Notes: a model not told the origin generated them from the letters alone. Shown: positions 1-6,504, numbered from the stretch's first letter. The stretch is 6,504 bases of DNA from a virus (IMGVR_UViG_2529293063_000012:1-6504); one strand, 5' to 3'. Made by a program: numbers and translations.

Positions 1-1
1 C

Positions 2-1090
2 GGTGATGATAGTCCTGAAGCTCGGCGTATCACCCGCCGATGGGGTATAACTGAAGTAGCAGATTTAATTGGTGTAACTCCTCAAGCAATTAGAGATGCT
101 GAAAAGAGCGGGCGTTTACCTGCACCTGACTTTGAAATGAGAGGAAGAATTGAACGTCGTGCTGGTTATACCATAGATCAAATCAACAGTATGCGAGCAG
201 TTTTTGGCAACCCAAACCAACGACCACAAGATAAAAACCCTGTTGTGCTTGCCGTTATGTCACACAAAGGCGGCGTTTATAAAACATCGTCTGCGGTGCA
301 TCAAGCTCAATGGTTAGCATTACAAGGTCATCGTGTTCTTTTGGTTGAAGGTAACGATCCTCAAGGCACGGCCTCTATGTATCACGGTTATGTTCCTGAT
401 TTACATATCCATGCCGAGGATACTTTACTGCCATTTTACTTAGGAGAACGCGATAACGCTGAATATGCTATAAAGCCAACATGTTGGCCTGGGCTAGACA
501 TTATCCCTAGCTGCCTAGCTTTACATCGTATAGAAACAGATCTCATGCAATATCATGCTCAGGGTAAATTGCCTCATCCTCCACACCTTATGCTACGCGC
601 AGCTATTGAATCAGTTTGGGATAACTACGATGTTATCGTTATAGATAGTGCTCCGAACCTCGGTACAGGAACCATTAACGTTGTTTGTGCCGCTGACGTT
701 ATTGTTGTTGCTACACCTGCAGAATTATTTGATTACGCTTCTGTTCTGCAGTTTTTCACAATGCTTCTCGATCTATTGGAAAGCGTTGACCTAGGTGGAT
801 TTGAGCCAACCGTTCGCTTACTTCTGACTAAATATAGTCTCACTACAGGGAATCAATCACGATGGATGGAAGAACAAATAAGAAATACATGGGGATCAAT
901 GGTATTACGTCAGGTTGTACGCGTTACCGATGAAGTAGGTAAAGGCCAGATAAAAATGAGAACAGTATTTGAACAAGCAGCAAACCAACGTTCAACATTG
1001 AATGCATGGAGAAATGCTGTTTCTATATGGGACCCTGTTTGCCGAGAAATTTTTGATGATCTAATAAAACCTCGCTGGGAGAACGAATAA
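2..1090 (+). CDS. sopA: Partition ATPase SopA/ParA (type Ia Walker-type), 5'-partial: reading frame is open from position 2 with no stop, so the true start lies upstream of the window
   Basis: Translation from position 2 gives GDDSPEARRITRRWGITEVADLIGVTPQAIRDAEKSGRLPAPDFEMRGRIERRAGYTIDQ..., which continues into the ORF-track protein. It contains the deviant Walker A box (SHKGGVYKTS) and long stretches that match F-plasmid SopA as I recall it (e.g. VLLVEGNDPQGTASMYHG, KPTCWPGLDIIPSCLALHRIE, DVIVIDSAPNLG). The Met at 137 in the ORF track is internal. Confidence 0.9.
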   Translation, partial: GDDSPEARRITRRWGITEVADLIGVTPQAIRDAEKSGRLPAPDFEMRGRIERRAGYTIDQINSMRAVFGNPNQRPQDKNPVVLAVMSHKGGVYKTSSAVHQAQWLALQGHRVLLVEGNDPQGTASMYHGYVPDLHIHAEDTLLPFYLGERDNAEYAIKPTCWPGLDIIPSCLALHRIETDLMQYHAQGKLPHPPHLMLRAAIESVWDNYDVIVIDSAPNLGTGTINVVCAADVIVVATPAELFDYASVLQFFTMLLDLLESVDLGGFEPTVRLLLTKYSLTTGNQSRWMEEQIRNTWGSMVLRQVVRVTDEVGKGQIKMRTVFEQAANQRSTLNAWRNAVSIWDPVCREIFDDLIKPRWENE

Positions 1091-2055
1091 TGAAACAGCG
1101 CTCTCTTCTGAAAAATGCTCCAGATATTAATCGCATTATGAGTAATAATCATCATGCCCCTGAACATCAGCCCGTATCACCTATGGTTGGTGATTTAAAA
1201 CGTCAACTGAGCTCATTAACCGGTAACAGCATAACTTTGCCAGTATGCGGACGTAATGTTAACTTTAAGTTAGAGACAATTCCCGCAGATAAAGTTGAAA
1301 TGGCAACAATGGTATGGCTAGGTAATGAACGCGATCAAGATTTATTAAATGAATCCTCTCTAGCCGATTTAATCCCATCTTTTCTAACGTCTGGACAACA
1401 AAATCCAGCTTTCGCCAGAAAAGTATCTGGAATCGTTGAAGTCGCTGACGGCTCACGTAGAAGAAAAGCAGCGATATTAACAGGATGTGACTATCGCGTC
1501 TTAATTGGTGATCTCGACGATGAACAGATGCATTGGTTATCCCAAATTGGTAACGATTATAGGCCTATTAGTGCATACGAAAGAGGAAAGAGATACTTAC
1601 GCAAGCTAAATGACTTTGATGGTAACGTTAAAGCATTAGCCGAGGCTGAAAATATAGATAGAAATATTATCACTCGCTGTATCAATACAGCTGGTCTACC
1701 AAAAGATATATTAGCTATCTTCAATCATCCAGGAGAACTGTCAGCTCGTGCTGGAGATTCTTTGTTTAAGGTTTACAAAAAAAACATGGCTGCCATGAGC
1801 AATGCTGCTCATCATCTTCTGGCAATTAAAAAAAACGGCGAGGATTTAGAATCTTCACGGATTATACAAATATTATCTGACTCTGTTCTGGTTGGCGACG
1901 AGGAAAAAACAAAAGACGAGAAAAAATATGGGGAAGGGATCACTGCTAGATATAAAGGTAATTTTGTAACTATAAAAATTGATAGCCGCAAAATATCTAA
2001 AGAAATACTAAGCAGAATTGAGTTGTTACTAGAGGAACAATCTACTGATACTTAA
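1090..2055 (+). CDS. sopB: Partition centromere-binding protein SopB/ParB
   Basis: 321-aa ORF whose ATG overlaps the sopA stop by 1 nt (TAATG at 1088..1092), with GGAG about 9 nt upstream. Motifs match F SopB as I recall it (ITLPVCGR, WLGNERDQDLL, DLIPSFLTSGQQNPAF, VSGIVEVADGSRRRKAA, LSQIGNDYRPISAYERG, IITRCINTAGLPK, FNHPGELSARAGD). Confidence 0.9.
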   Translation: MKQRSLLKNAPDINRIMSNNHHAPEHQPVSPMVGDLKRQLSSLTGNSITLPVCGRNVNFKLETIPADKVEMATMVWLGNERDQDLLNESSLADLIPSFLTSGQQNPAFARKVSGIVEVADGSRRRKAAILTGCDYRVLIGDLDDEQMHWLSQIGNDYRPISAYERGKRYLRKLNDFDGNVKALAEAENIDRNIITRCINTAGLPKDILAIFNHPGELSARAGDSLFKVYKKNMAAMSNAAHHLLAIKKNGEDLESSRIIQILSDSVLVGDEEKTKDEKKYGEGITARYKGNFVTIKIDSRKISKEILSRIELLLEEQSTDT

Positions 2056-2059
2056 GAAG

Positions 2060-2082
2060 TATCCCCTGCATTGCAGGGGATA
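2060..2082. terminator. Perfect palindrome (11-bp arms, 1-nt centre) between convergent sopB and invertase genes; probable bidirectional intrinsic terminator, alternatively a protein-binding site
   Basis: TATCCCCTGCA-T-TGCAGGGGATA read directly at 2060..2082. It lies 5 nt after the sopB stop and about 22 nt from the invertase stop, with a T-rich stretch (TATTGATTTA) following on the + strand. Confidence 0.4.
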
Positions 2083-2104
2083 TTGATTTATGGTTGTACT
2101 CCAG

Positions 2105-2659
2105 TCAATGATTCCCAGCCGGAAACCTGCGGTAAAGCGTGGATAAAGCAACATCGAAGATAATCGCTATCTGTTTACGTGAAACACCATTCACAATAAG
2201 CCTTCCGACCTGTTCCCATTGCTCGGGTGCCAGTTTTGAGCGGCGCCCCCCTATCCTACCGTTAGCCCTTGCCACCGCTAATCCTGCACGCGTTCTTTCA
2301 ATAATATTTTCCCGCTCCATCTCTGCGACCGCACTCAGCATTGTGTAGGCAAAGCGGCCAATTGATGTGCTAATTTTTATTCCTTCTGTAACAGAAATAA
2401 ATTCAATGTTGTTTGATAAAAAATAGTTAAGCAATTCAACAAGATGAATCAGAGAACGCCCCATTCTGTCCAGCTTCCAGACAATAACCGTATCACCCGG
2501 TCGTAACGCTTTTATCAGCTTATCCAGTCCTGGTCGTTTTGACTTCGCGCCAGATATTTTATCTTCAAAAATCCGGTCACATCCTGAACTCCTGAGCGCT
2601 TCCAGTTGTAACTCCAAATTCTGGTCAAAAGTTGACACTCTCGCATAGCCGTATTGCAT
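2105..2659 (-). CDS. Serine-recombinase DNA invertase of the Gin/Cin/Hin/Pin family
   Basis: 184 aa with N-terminal catalytic motif YARVSTFDQ (Ser9), resolvase-domain motifs VWKLDRMGRS and AEMERENIIERT, and a C-terminal HTH (RKQIAIIFDVALSTLYRRFP) closely resembling Gin/Hin. Size and position next to a crossover site fit the family. Confidence 0.9.
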   Translation of the reverse strand: MQYGYARVSTFDQNLELQLEALRSSGCDRIFEDKISGAKSKRPGLDKLIKALRPGDTVIVWKLDRMGRSLIHLVELLNYFLSNNIEFISVTEGIKISTSIGRFAYTMLSAVAEMERENIIERTRAGLAVARANGRIGGRRSKLAPEQWEQVGRLIVNGVSRKQIAIIFDVALSTLYRRFPAGNH

Positions 2660-2694
2660 ACTTTCTAACCTGCAATTGTTGCTGAAAGCGGGAA

Positions 2695-2723
2695 AAAATA
2701 TCGTTCAGACGACACGGAGGCAA
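2695..2723 (-). promoter_or_regulatory. Candidate sigma70 promoter for the invertase gene (-35 TTGCCT, 17-nt spacer, -10 TATTTT on the minus strand), abutting cixL
   Basis: Read on the reverse complement of 2660..2730: TTGCCT-(17 nt)-TATTTT, about 35 nt upstream of the invertase ATG, with AGG..GAAAG before the ATG. The match to consensus is weak (4/6 and 4/6). Confidence 0.25.
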
Positions 2724-2749
2724 TTCTCAAAAACCTCGGTTTGCAGGAA
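2724..2749. repeat. cix/gix-like 26-bp inversion crossover site, left (cixL)
   Basis: TTCTCAAAAACCTCGGTTTGCAGGAA. Its reverse complement matches the site at 5974..5999 at 22 of 26 positions and resembles the Mu gix sequence as I recall it (TTCCTGTAAACCGAGGTTTTGGATAA). It lies between the invertase gene and the Sv cassette. Confidence 0.75.
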
Positions 2750-3898
2750 ACGGTAAATAAGGCTTCTGGCGCATTACAGAAAAACCAGAACGGCGCAGAT
2801 ATTCCCGATAAAAAACTATTCCTGCGTAATATCGGCACAACAAATTCAACAACCATGTCTTTTAGTGGTGGTGCTGGATGGTTCAAACTGGCAACTGTAA
2901 CAATGCCACAAGCCAGTTCCGTGGTTTACATAAGCCTGATTGGTGGCGCAGGGTATAACGTTGGCTCCTCGCATCAAGCAGGCATCTCTGAGCTGGTTCT
3001 GCGTGCCGGAAATGGGAATCCAAAAGGTATTACTGGTGCATTATGGCGACGGACCTCGGTTGGATTTACTCATTTTGCATGGGTGAATACATCCGGTGAT
3101 ACCTATGACATTTATGTAGAAATAGGTAATTACGCCACAGGTGTTAATATTCAGTGGGATTATACCAGTAACGCCAGCGTAACGATTCATACATCACCAA
3201 CTTATACAGCGAATAAACCAACAGGCCTGACAGATGGAACTGTATATGTAATTTACAGTTCGCACATTAAACCGACTGCTGCTGAGGTTGGGGCGTTGTC
3301 ATTATCTGGCGGTCAATTGAATGGTGCACTGGGCATCGGAACATCCAGTGTTCTTGGCGGTAACTCGATTGTTTTGGGGGATAATGATACTGGTTTCAAA
3401 CAGAACGGCGATGGCCTTCTTGATGTTTATGCTAATAGTCAGCATGTATTCCGTTTCCAGAATGGCGTGGCTATTGCTTTAAAAAACATTCAGGCCGGAG
3501 ATGGTAAAAAACTCTCGCTATCAAGCTCCAACAACTCCACAAAGAATGCAAGGTTTAATTTATGGGGTAATTCATCCCGCCCCGTAGTTGCAGAACTTGG
3601 TGATGATTCAGGTTGGCATTTTTATAGTCAAAGAAATACAGATAATTCAGTATTGTTCTCCGTTAACGGTCAGATAAACCCCAACAACTGGAGTAACTTT
3701 GATTCTCGTTATGTGAGAGATGTCCGACTTGGTACACGTGTTGTTCAGACTATGCAAAAAGGCGTGATGTATGAGAAATCAGGTCATGCAATTACGGGGC
3801 TTGGCATTATTGGCGCTGTTGATGGCGATGATCCGGCTGTATTCAGACCAATACAAAAATACATCAATGGCACATGGTATAACGTCGCACAGGTATAA
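2741..3898 (+). CDS. Tail-fibre variable C-terminal cassette Sv; silent in this orientation (no ATG; the TTG at 2741 in the ORF track is probably not a real start)
   Basis: The frame is open back to a TAA at 2666..2668 with no ATG between 2669 and 2740. The N-terminus encodes GLQETVNKA, the same junction peptide as in the expressed fibre (GLQETVNRA). The protein is Gly/Ser/Thr/Asn-rich and its C-terminus (NFDSRYVRDVRLG..., PIQKYINGTWYNV) parallels the Sv' C-terminus. Confidence 0.8.
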   Translation: MQETVNKASGALQKNQNGADIPDKKLFLRNIGTTNSTTMSFSGGAGWFKLATVTMPQASSVVYISLIGGAGYNVGSSHQAGISELVLRAGNGNPKGITGALWRRTSVGFTHFAWVNTSGDTYDIYVEIGNYATGVNIQWDYTSNASVTIHTSPTYTANKPTGLTDGTVYVIYSSHIKPTAAEVGALSLSGGQLNGALGIGTSSVLGGNSIVLGDNDTGFKQNGDGLLDVYANSQHVFRFQNGVAIALKNIQAGDGKKLSLSSSNNSTKNARFNLWGNSSRPVVAELGDDSGWHFYSQRNTDNSVLFSVNGQINPNNWSNFDSRYVRDVRLGTRVVQTMQKGVMYEKSGHAITGLGIIGAVDGDDPAVFRPIQKYINGTWYNVAQV

Positions 3899-3901
3899 TT
3901 T

Positions 3902-4045
3902 ATGCAGCATTTAAAAAATATTACTGCAGGTAATCCCAAAACTATCGAACAGTATCAACTTACAAAAGAATTTGATGTTATCTGGTTATGGTCCGAAGAC
4001 GGAAAAAACTGGTATGAGGAAGTGAAAAACTTTCAGCCAGACACA
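3902..4045 (+). repeat. Internal inverted repeat, arm 1 (5' end of U), ~88% nt identity to the reverse complement of 4848..4991
   Basis: Manual alignment of 3902..4045 against the reverse complement of 4848..4991 gives a 22-nt and a 48-nt perfect block (AATCCCAAAACTATCGAACAGTATCAACTTACAAAAGAATTTGATGTT) plus scattered mismatches. Identity starts exactly at the ATG. Confidence 0.8.
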
Positions 4046-4429
4046 ATAAAGATTGTTTACGATGCAAATAATATTATTGTCGCCATCACCAAAGATGCCT
4101 CCACGCTTAACCCTGAAGGTTATAGCGTCGTTGAGGTTCCAGATATTACAGCCAACCGCCGCGCTGATGATTCCGGTAAGTGGATGTTTAGGGACGGAGC
4201 TGTGGTTAAACGGATTTATACGGCAGACGAGCAACAACAACAGGCCGAATCACAAAAGGCCGCGTTGCTTTCTGAAGCTGAAAGCGTTATTCAGCCACTG
4301 GAACGCGCTGTCAGGCTGAATATGGCGACGGATGAGGAGCGTACACGACTGGAGTCATGGGAACGCTACAGCGTTCTGGTCAACCGTGTGGATACAGCAA
4401 AGCCCGAATGGCCACAAAAGCCTGAATAA
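3902..4429 (+). CDS. Tail-fibre assembly chaperone (U/Tfa family) cognate to Sv
   Basis: 175 aa starting 4 nt after the Sv stop (TAATTTATG). The N-terminal ~45 aa are nearly identical to the minus-strand paralogue ([26 protein letters not shown].WLWSE.GKNWYEE). Position directly downstream of a fibre tip is typical for Mu U and P2 G. Confidence 0.85.
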   Translation: MQHLKNITAGNPKTIEQYQLTKEFDVIWLWSEDGKNWYEEVKNFQPDTIKIVYDANNIIVAITKDASTLNPEGYSVVEVPDITANRRADDSGKWMFRDGAVVKRIYTADEQQQQAESQKAALLSEAESVIQPLERAVRLNMATDEERTRLESWERYSVLVNRVDTAKPEWPQKPE

Positions 4430-4434
4430 AAATT

Positions 4435-4454
4435 AAGGCCCGCTATCGGGCCTT
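4435..4454. terminator. Bidirectional rho-independent terminator hairpin between convergent U and U'
   Basis: AAGGCCCG-CTAT-CGGGCCTT, a GC-rich 8-bp stem with a 4-nt loop, sits in the 28-bp gap between the U stop (4427..4429) and the U' stop (4458..4460). Confidence 0.6.
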
Positions 4455-4457
4455 GTC

Positions 4458-4991
4458 TCATTCAGGTTGTTCGGGAAATATTACTGGCAGGCTGGAGGTG
4501 TCTGTAGATTCGACTTTCTGCGCATAGAGCATCCACTCGGTTAATTTTTGTTTATTCTCGTCGGAAATGATGCCCAGCCGTAGCTGTGAGTCCCATAGCT
4601 GTGTTTTATCCCTGACGAGCTGTAGCAGGCTTTGCTTTTCATTTTCCGCTTGTTGCCTCTGCTCTTCCTCGGTATAAGTTCGCTTTATCACTACGCCATC
4701 TTTGAACATCCAGTTGCCGGAAATATCAGCGCGTCGGTTTGCCGTAATATTGGGTAACTCAACCACACTCATTCCCTCTGGATTAATCAGGGATACATCT
4801 TTCTCAATACAGCAAATAACACCCTCCTGGTTATATGCCACTTTTAACGTGTCAGGCTGGAAATTTTTCTGTTCCTCATACCAGTTCTTACCTTCTTCCG
4901 ACCATAACCAGACAACATCAAATTCTTTTGTAAGTTGATACTGTTCGATAGTTTTGGGATTTCCTGCTTTAATATTTTTTAAATGCTGCAT
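4458..4991 (-). CDS. Tail-fibre assembly chaperone (U'/Tfa family) cognate to Sv'; start placed at the ATG at 4991 (the ORF track extends to a GTG at 5000)
   Basis: The protein from MQHLKNIKAGNPK... parallels U. The ATG at 4991..4989 follows the Sv' stop (4995..4993) in a TAATATG arrangement, with AGGA about 10 nt upstream. The C-terminal half diverges from U. Confidence 0.85.
   Translation of the reverse strand: MQHLKNIKAGNPKTIEQYQLTKEFDVVWLWSEEGKNWYEEQKNFQPDTLKVAYNQEGVICCIEKDVSLINPEGMSVVELPNITANRRADISGNWMFKDGVVIKRTYTEEEQRQQAENEKQSLLQLVRDKTQLWDSQLRLGIISDENKQKLTEWMLYAQKVESTDTSSLPVIFPEQPE
4848..4991 (-). repeat. Internal inverted repeat, arm 2 (5' end of U')
   Basis: Reverse complement aligns to 3902..4045 at ~88% identity (see arm 1). 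Confidence 0.8.
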
Positions 4992-4992
4992 A

Positions 4993-6504
4993 TTAAGCAC
5001 GTCCTACATTGTACCAATGACCATTAATATATTTCTGAACAGGAGCGTAGACAGGCCATTCTCTCGAATCATCAAAGTTGCCACCTGTCAGAACGTATCC
5101 GGCTGGAACCGTTCCGCCATCACCACCCCAGACAATCCCACTCTGGTTAGCACCCATGCGAACGTCACGAACATAGCGTGAGTCAAAATTACCATAATTG
5201 CCGGGAATAATTTGCGAGCCGCAAAGCCAATTCCCGTTATTATCCATGTACGCCTGACCATCGGTGCCATTGTCTGTCCTTGAGTTATTAATCATGTAGA
5301 TGCCAAATTCCCTATTCCCCAGTCCACCAATCATAAATTTGCGGTCAGCATGGTCCTGACGTAGCAATGCCTGGGCGCTATCAGTTTTAACTATATTTCT
5401 CCCAAAGATAGCGTTGTTATCGCGCATCTGAATCCACATACCATTACTGCTGTTAATAGCAAAACGGTTTGCAAATATATCCCCTGTAACATCAAGACCA
5501 TGCCCCATGCTTATCCGACCAGTTCTAAGATTAAGCGTAAAGGGGCGTAGTGGCCCTATATCACCATTTTCTCCCTCATTCTCTCGTGTAGGGATGATAT
5601 GCAGGCATTCTTCAGAACGACGAAAAATAGCACCAAAAGATGAATTAAATATCCTCAGTGCATTGACTGTCGATATTTTTACTTCACTGCTGAAAAGGGC
5701 TTTAACAAGGACAGACAAAGCATCCCATTTAAGATTCATCAGGTCTTTTGTTGTGGTGCTCTGGCGGCTTCTCCATTTGAAATATTCATTGCCGTTGTCG
5801 CCTGTTTCAAACCACATGTATGAATCAGTGTCACCATCAGCATCATTTTTAAATCCAATCTTCGCCCAGTCAGTATTTCGAATCCAGGCAAGGATAGAGT
5901 CGTTTTCAAAAGTAAGCCCACCGGACAAGGTATCGCCATTCTTTTGCACGGCGTTCCTGGCCCTGTTTACCGTTTCCTGTAAACCGAGGTATTCGATAAC
6001 GGCAGCAACGGTCGATTTCGCAAGAATATCCCGCCCGACTTTTGTCAGGGTTGCCAGGCTGGCGACATCATTCCCCGTAAAATACGGAAACCTGTCTGCC
6101 GCAGTAGCAAGCCCGGCCAGCGCCGTCAGGGTGGCATCTTTCGGTTGCTTACCCGCAAGCGCGTTAGTCATGGTGGTCGCAAAATTCGGGTCGTTGCCCA
6201 GCGCCGCCGCTAACTCGTTCAGCGTATTCAGTGCGTCAGGCGACGAGTCTACAAGGGCGGCAATCGCGGCCATCACATAAGCCGTACTTGCGATCTGAGT
6301 ATTATTAGTACCTTTTGGCGCAGTTGGCGTTGTTGGCGTTCCGGTCAGTGCAGGACTATTTAAGGGCGCTTTCTTGTTCGTTTCATCCATTACCGCCTTA
6401 ACCGCTTTTGGTGTCGCAGCCAGCGTTTCAGACGGGCTGTTAGTGGCGCTACTGAGCTGAACTATCCCTTTTCGTGCCGTCGTTGCGTCCTGAGCGGTAT
6501 ATTT
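4993..6504 (-). CDS. Tail fibre protein: constant N-terminal part (Sc, entering from the right window edge, 5'-partial) fused in frame to the variable tip Sv' (about 5973..4993); this is the expressed fibre in this orientation
   Basis: The minus-strand frame is open from 6504 through the ATG at 6390 with no stop (upstream peptide KYTAQDATTARKGIVQLSSATNSPSETLAATPKAVKAV-MDETNKK...). This region and PDALNTLNELAAALGNDP are typical of the conserved tail-fibre domain in Mu S / P2 H-like fibres. The crossover site lies inside the coding sequence at the GLQETVN junction. The C-terminus (NFDSRYVRDVRMG..., PVQKYINGHWYNV) parallels Sv. Confidence 0.85.
   Translation of the reverse strand, partial: KYTAQDATTARKGIVQLSSATNSPSETLAATPKAVKAVMDETNKKAPLNSPALTGTPTTPTAPKGTNNTQIASTAYVMAAIAALVDSSPDALNTLNELAAALGNDPNFATTMTNALAGKQPKDATLTALAGLATAADRFPYFTGNDVASLATLTKVGRDILAKSTVAAVIEYLGLQETVNRARNAVQKNGDTLSGGLTFENDSILAWIRNTDWAKIGFKNDADGDTDSYMWFETGDNGNEYFKWRSRQSTTTKDLMNLKWDALSVLVKALFSSEVKISTVNALRIFNSSFGAIFRRSEECLHIIPTRENEGENGDIGPLRPFTLNLRTGRISMGHGLDVTGDIFANRFAINSSNGMWIQMRDNNAIFGRNIVKTDSAQALLRQDHADRKFMIGGLGNREFGIYMINNSRTDNGTDGQAYMDNNGNWLCGSQIIPGNYGNFDSRYVRDVRMGANQSGIVWGGDGGTVPAGYVLTGGNFDDSREWPVYAPVQKYINGHWYNVGRA
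5974..5999. repeat. cix/gix-like 26-bp inversion crossover site, right (cixR), embedded in the tail-fibre coding sequence
   Basis: TTCCTGTAAACCGAGGTATTCGATAA matches the reverse complement of 2724..2749 at 22 of 26 positions, with homology extending about 8 nt further into the segment (TTTACCGT). It is very close to the Mu gix sequence as I recall it. Confidence 0.75.

Larger units (their letters stand above)
2724..5999. other. Invertible tail-fibre segment (G/C-segment-like, ~3.3 kb) bounded by inverted crossover sites
   Basis: Two 26-bp sites in inverted orientation flank the gene order Sv, U (+ strand), terminator, U', Sv' (- strand). The constant fibre N-terminus lies outside the segment at the right, and the invertase gene outside at the left. 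Confidence 0.75.

Noticed and set aside
910-1456. Minus-strand ORFs 910..1167 (85 aa) and 1265..1456 (63 aa)
   Set aside because: Both are antisense to sopA/sopB, short, and without start-site signals; typical spurious ORFs.
2056-2104. F-type sopC 43-bp tandem repeats downstream of sopB
   Set aside because: The gap is only 49 bp and contains a single palindrome with no tandem repetition; the F-style centromere array is not in this window.
2139-2348. 69-aa plus-strand ORF inside the invertase gene
   Set aside because: Antisense to a strongly supported invertase CDS, with no RBS and a product lacking recognisable motifs.
2665-2886. 73-aa minus-strand ORF spanning cixL and the invertase promoter region
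   Set aside because: It overlaps the crossover site and the start of Sv. Its resemblance to part of the 5507..6280 ORF is explained by the shared inverted-repeat site, not by a real gene.
3986-5270. Small ORFs antisense to or overlapping U, U' and Sv' (3986..4240 -, 4053..4319 +, 4702..4938 +, 4954..5181 +, 5088..5270 -) and 5739..5939 -
   Set aside because: All sit within or opposite well-supported fibre and chaperone genes, and none has conserved motifs or credible translation signals.
2724-5999. Shufflon (Rci tyrosine-recombinase multiple-inversion system)
   Set aside because: The recombinase is a serine invertase (catalytic Ser9 and a Gin/Hin-type HTH), not a tyrosine recombinase. There are only two 26-bp gix-like sites, not multiple 19-bp sfx repeats, and the cargo is tail fibre, not pilV.
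5507-6280. 257-aa plus-strand ORF
   Set aside because: It lies entirely antisense to the well-supported tail-fibre gene. The translation is low-complexity (Ser/Ala/Arg-rich) with no recognisable motifs and no convincing RBS. Its ALFTVSCKPR peptide is just the crossover site read in another frame.
1-6504. CRISPR array, tRNA/rRNA genes, IS elements
   Set aside because: No regularly spaced direct repeats, no tRNA-like structures and no transposase-like ORF or terminal inverted repeats were seen on either strand.

Overview
This window reads as a phage or phage-plasmid accessory region with two modules. Module 1 (2..2055, + strand) is an F-type SopA/SopB (ParA/ParB type Ia) partition operon; sopA is cut at its 5' end by the window edge and no sopC-like tandem repeat array follows sopB. 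Module 2 (2105..6504) is a Gin/Cin/Hin-type invertible tail-fibre host-range switch: a serine DNA invertase gene (minus strand), two 26-bp gix/cix-like crossover sites in inverted orientation (2724..2749 and 5974..5999), and between them two alternative fibre-tip cassettes (Sv, Sv') with their cognate assembly chaperones (U, U') arranged convergently around a hairpin terminator. In this orientation the constant fibre N-terminus, which enters from the right window edge on the minus strand, is fused to Sv'; the plus-strand Sv cassette has no ATG and is silent. All of this is a known kind of system; I see nothing that requires a new one. The points worth follow-up are the missing centromere, an internal ~140-bp inverted repeat at the 5' ends of U and U', and which element carries this combination. 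All assignments rest on my reading of the translated ORFs and motifs recalled from memory; no database search was run.
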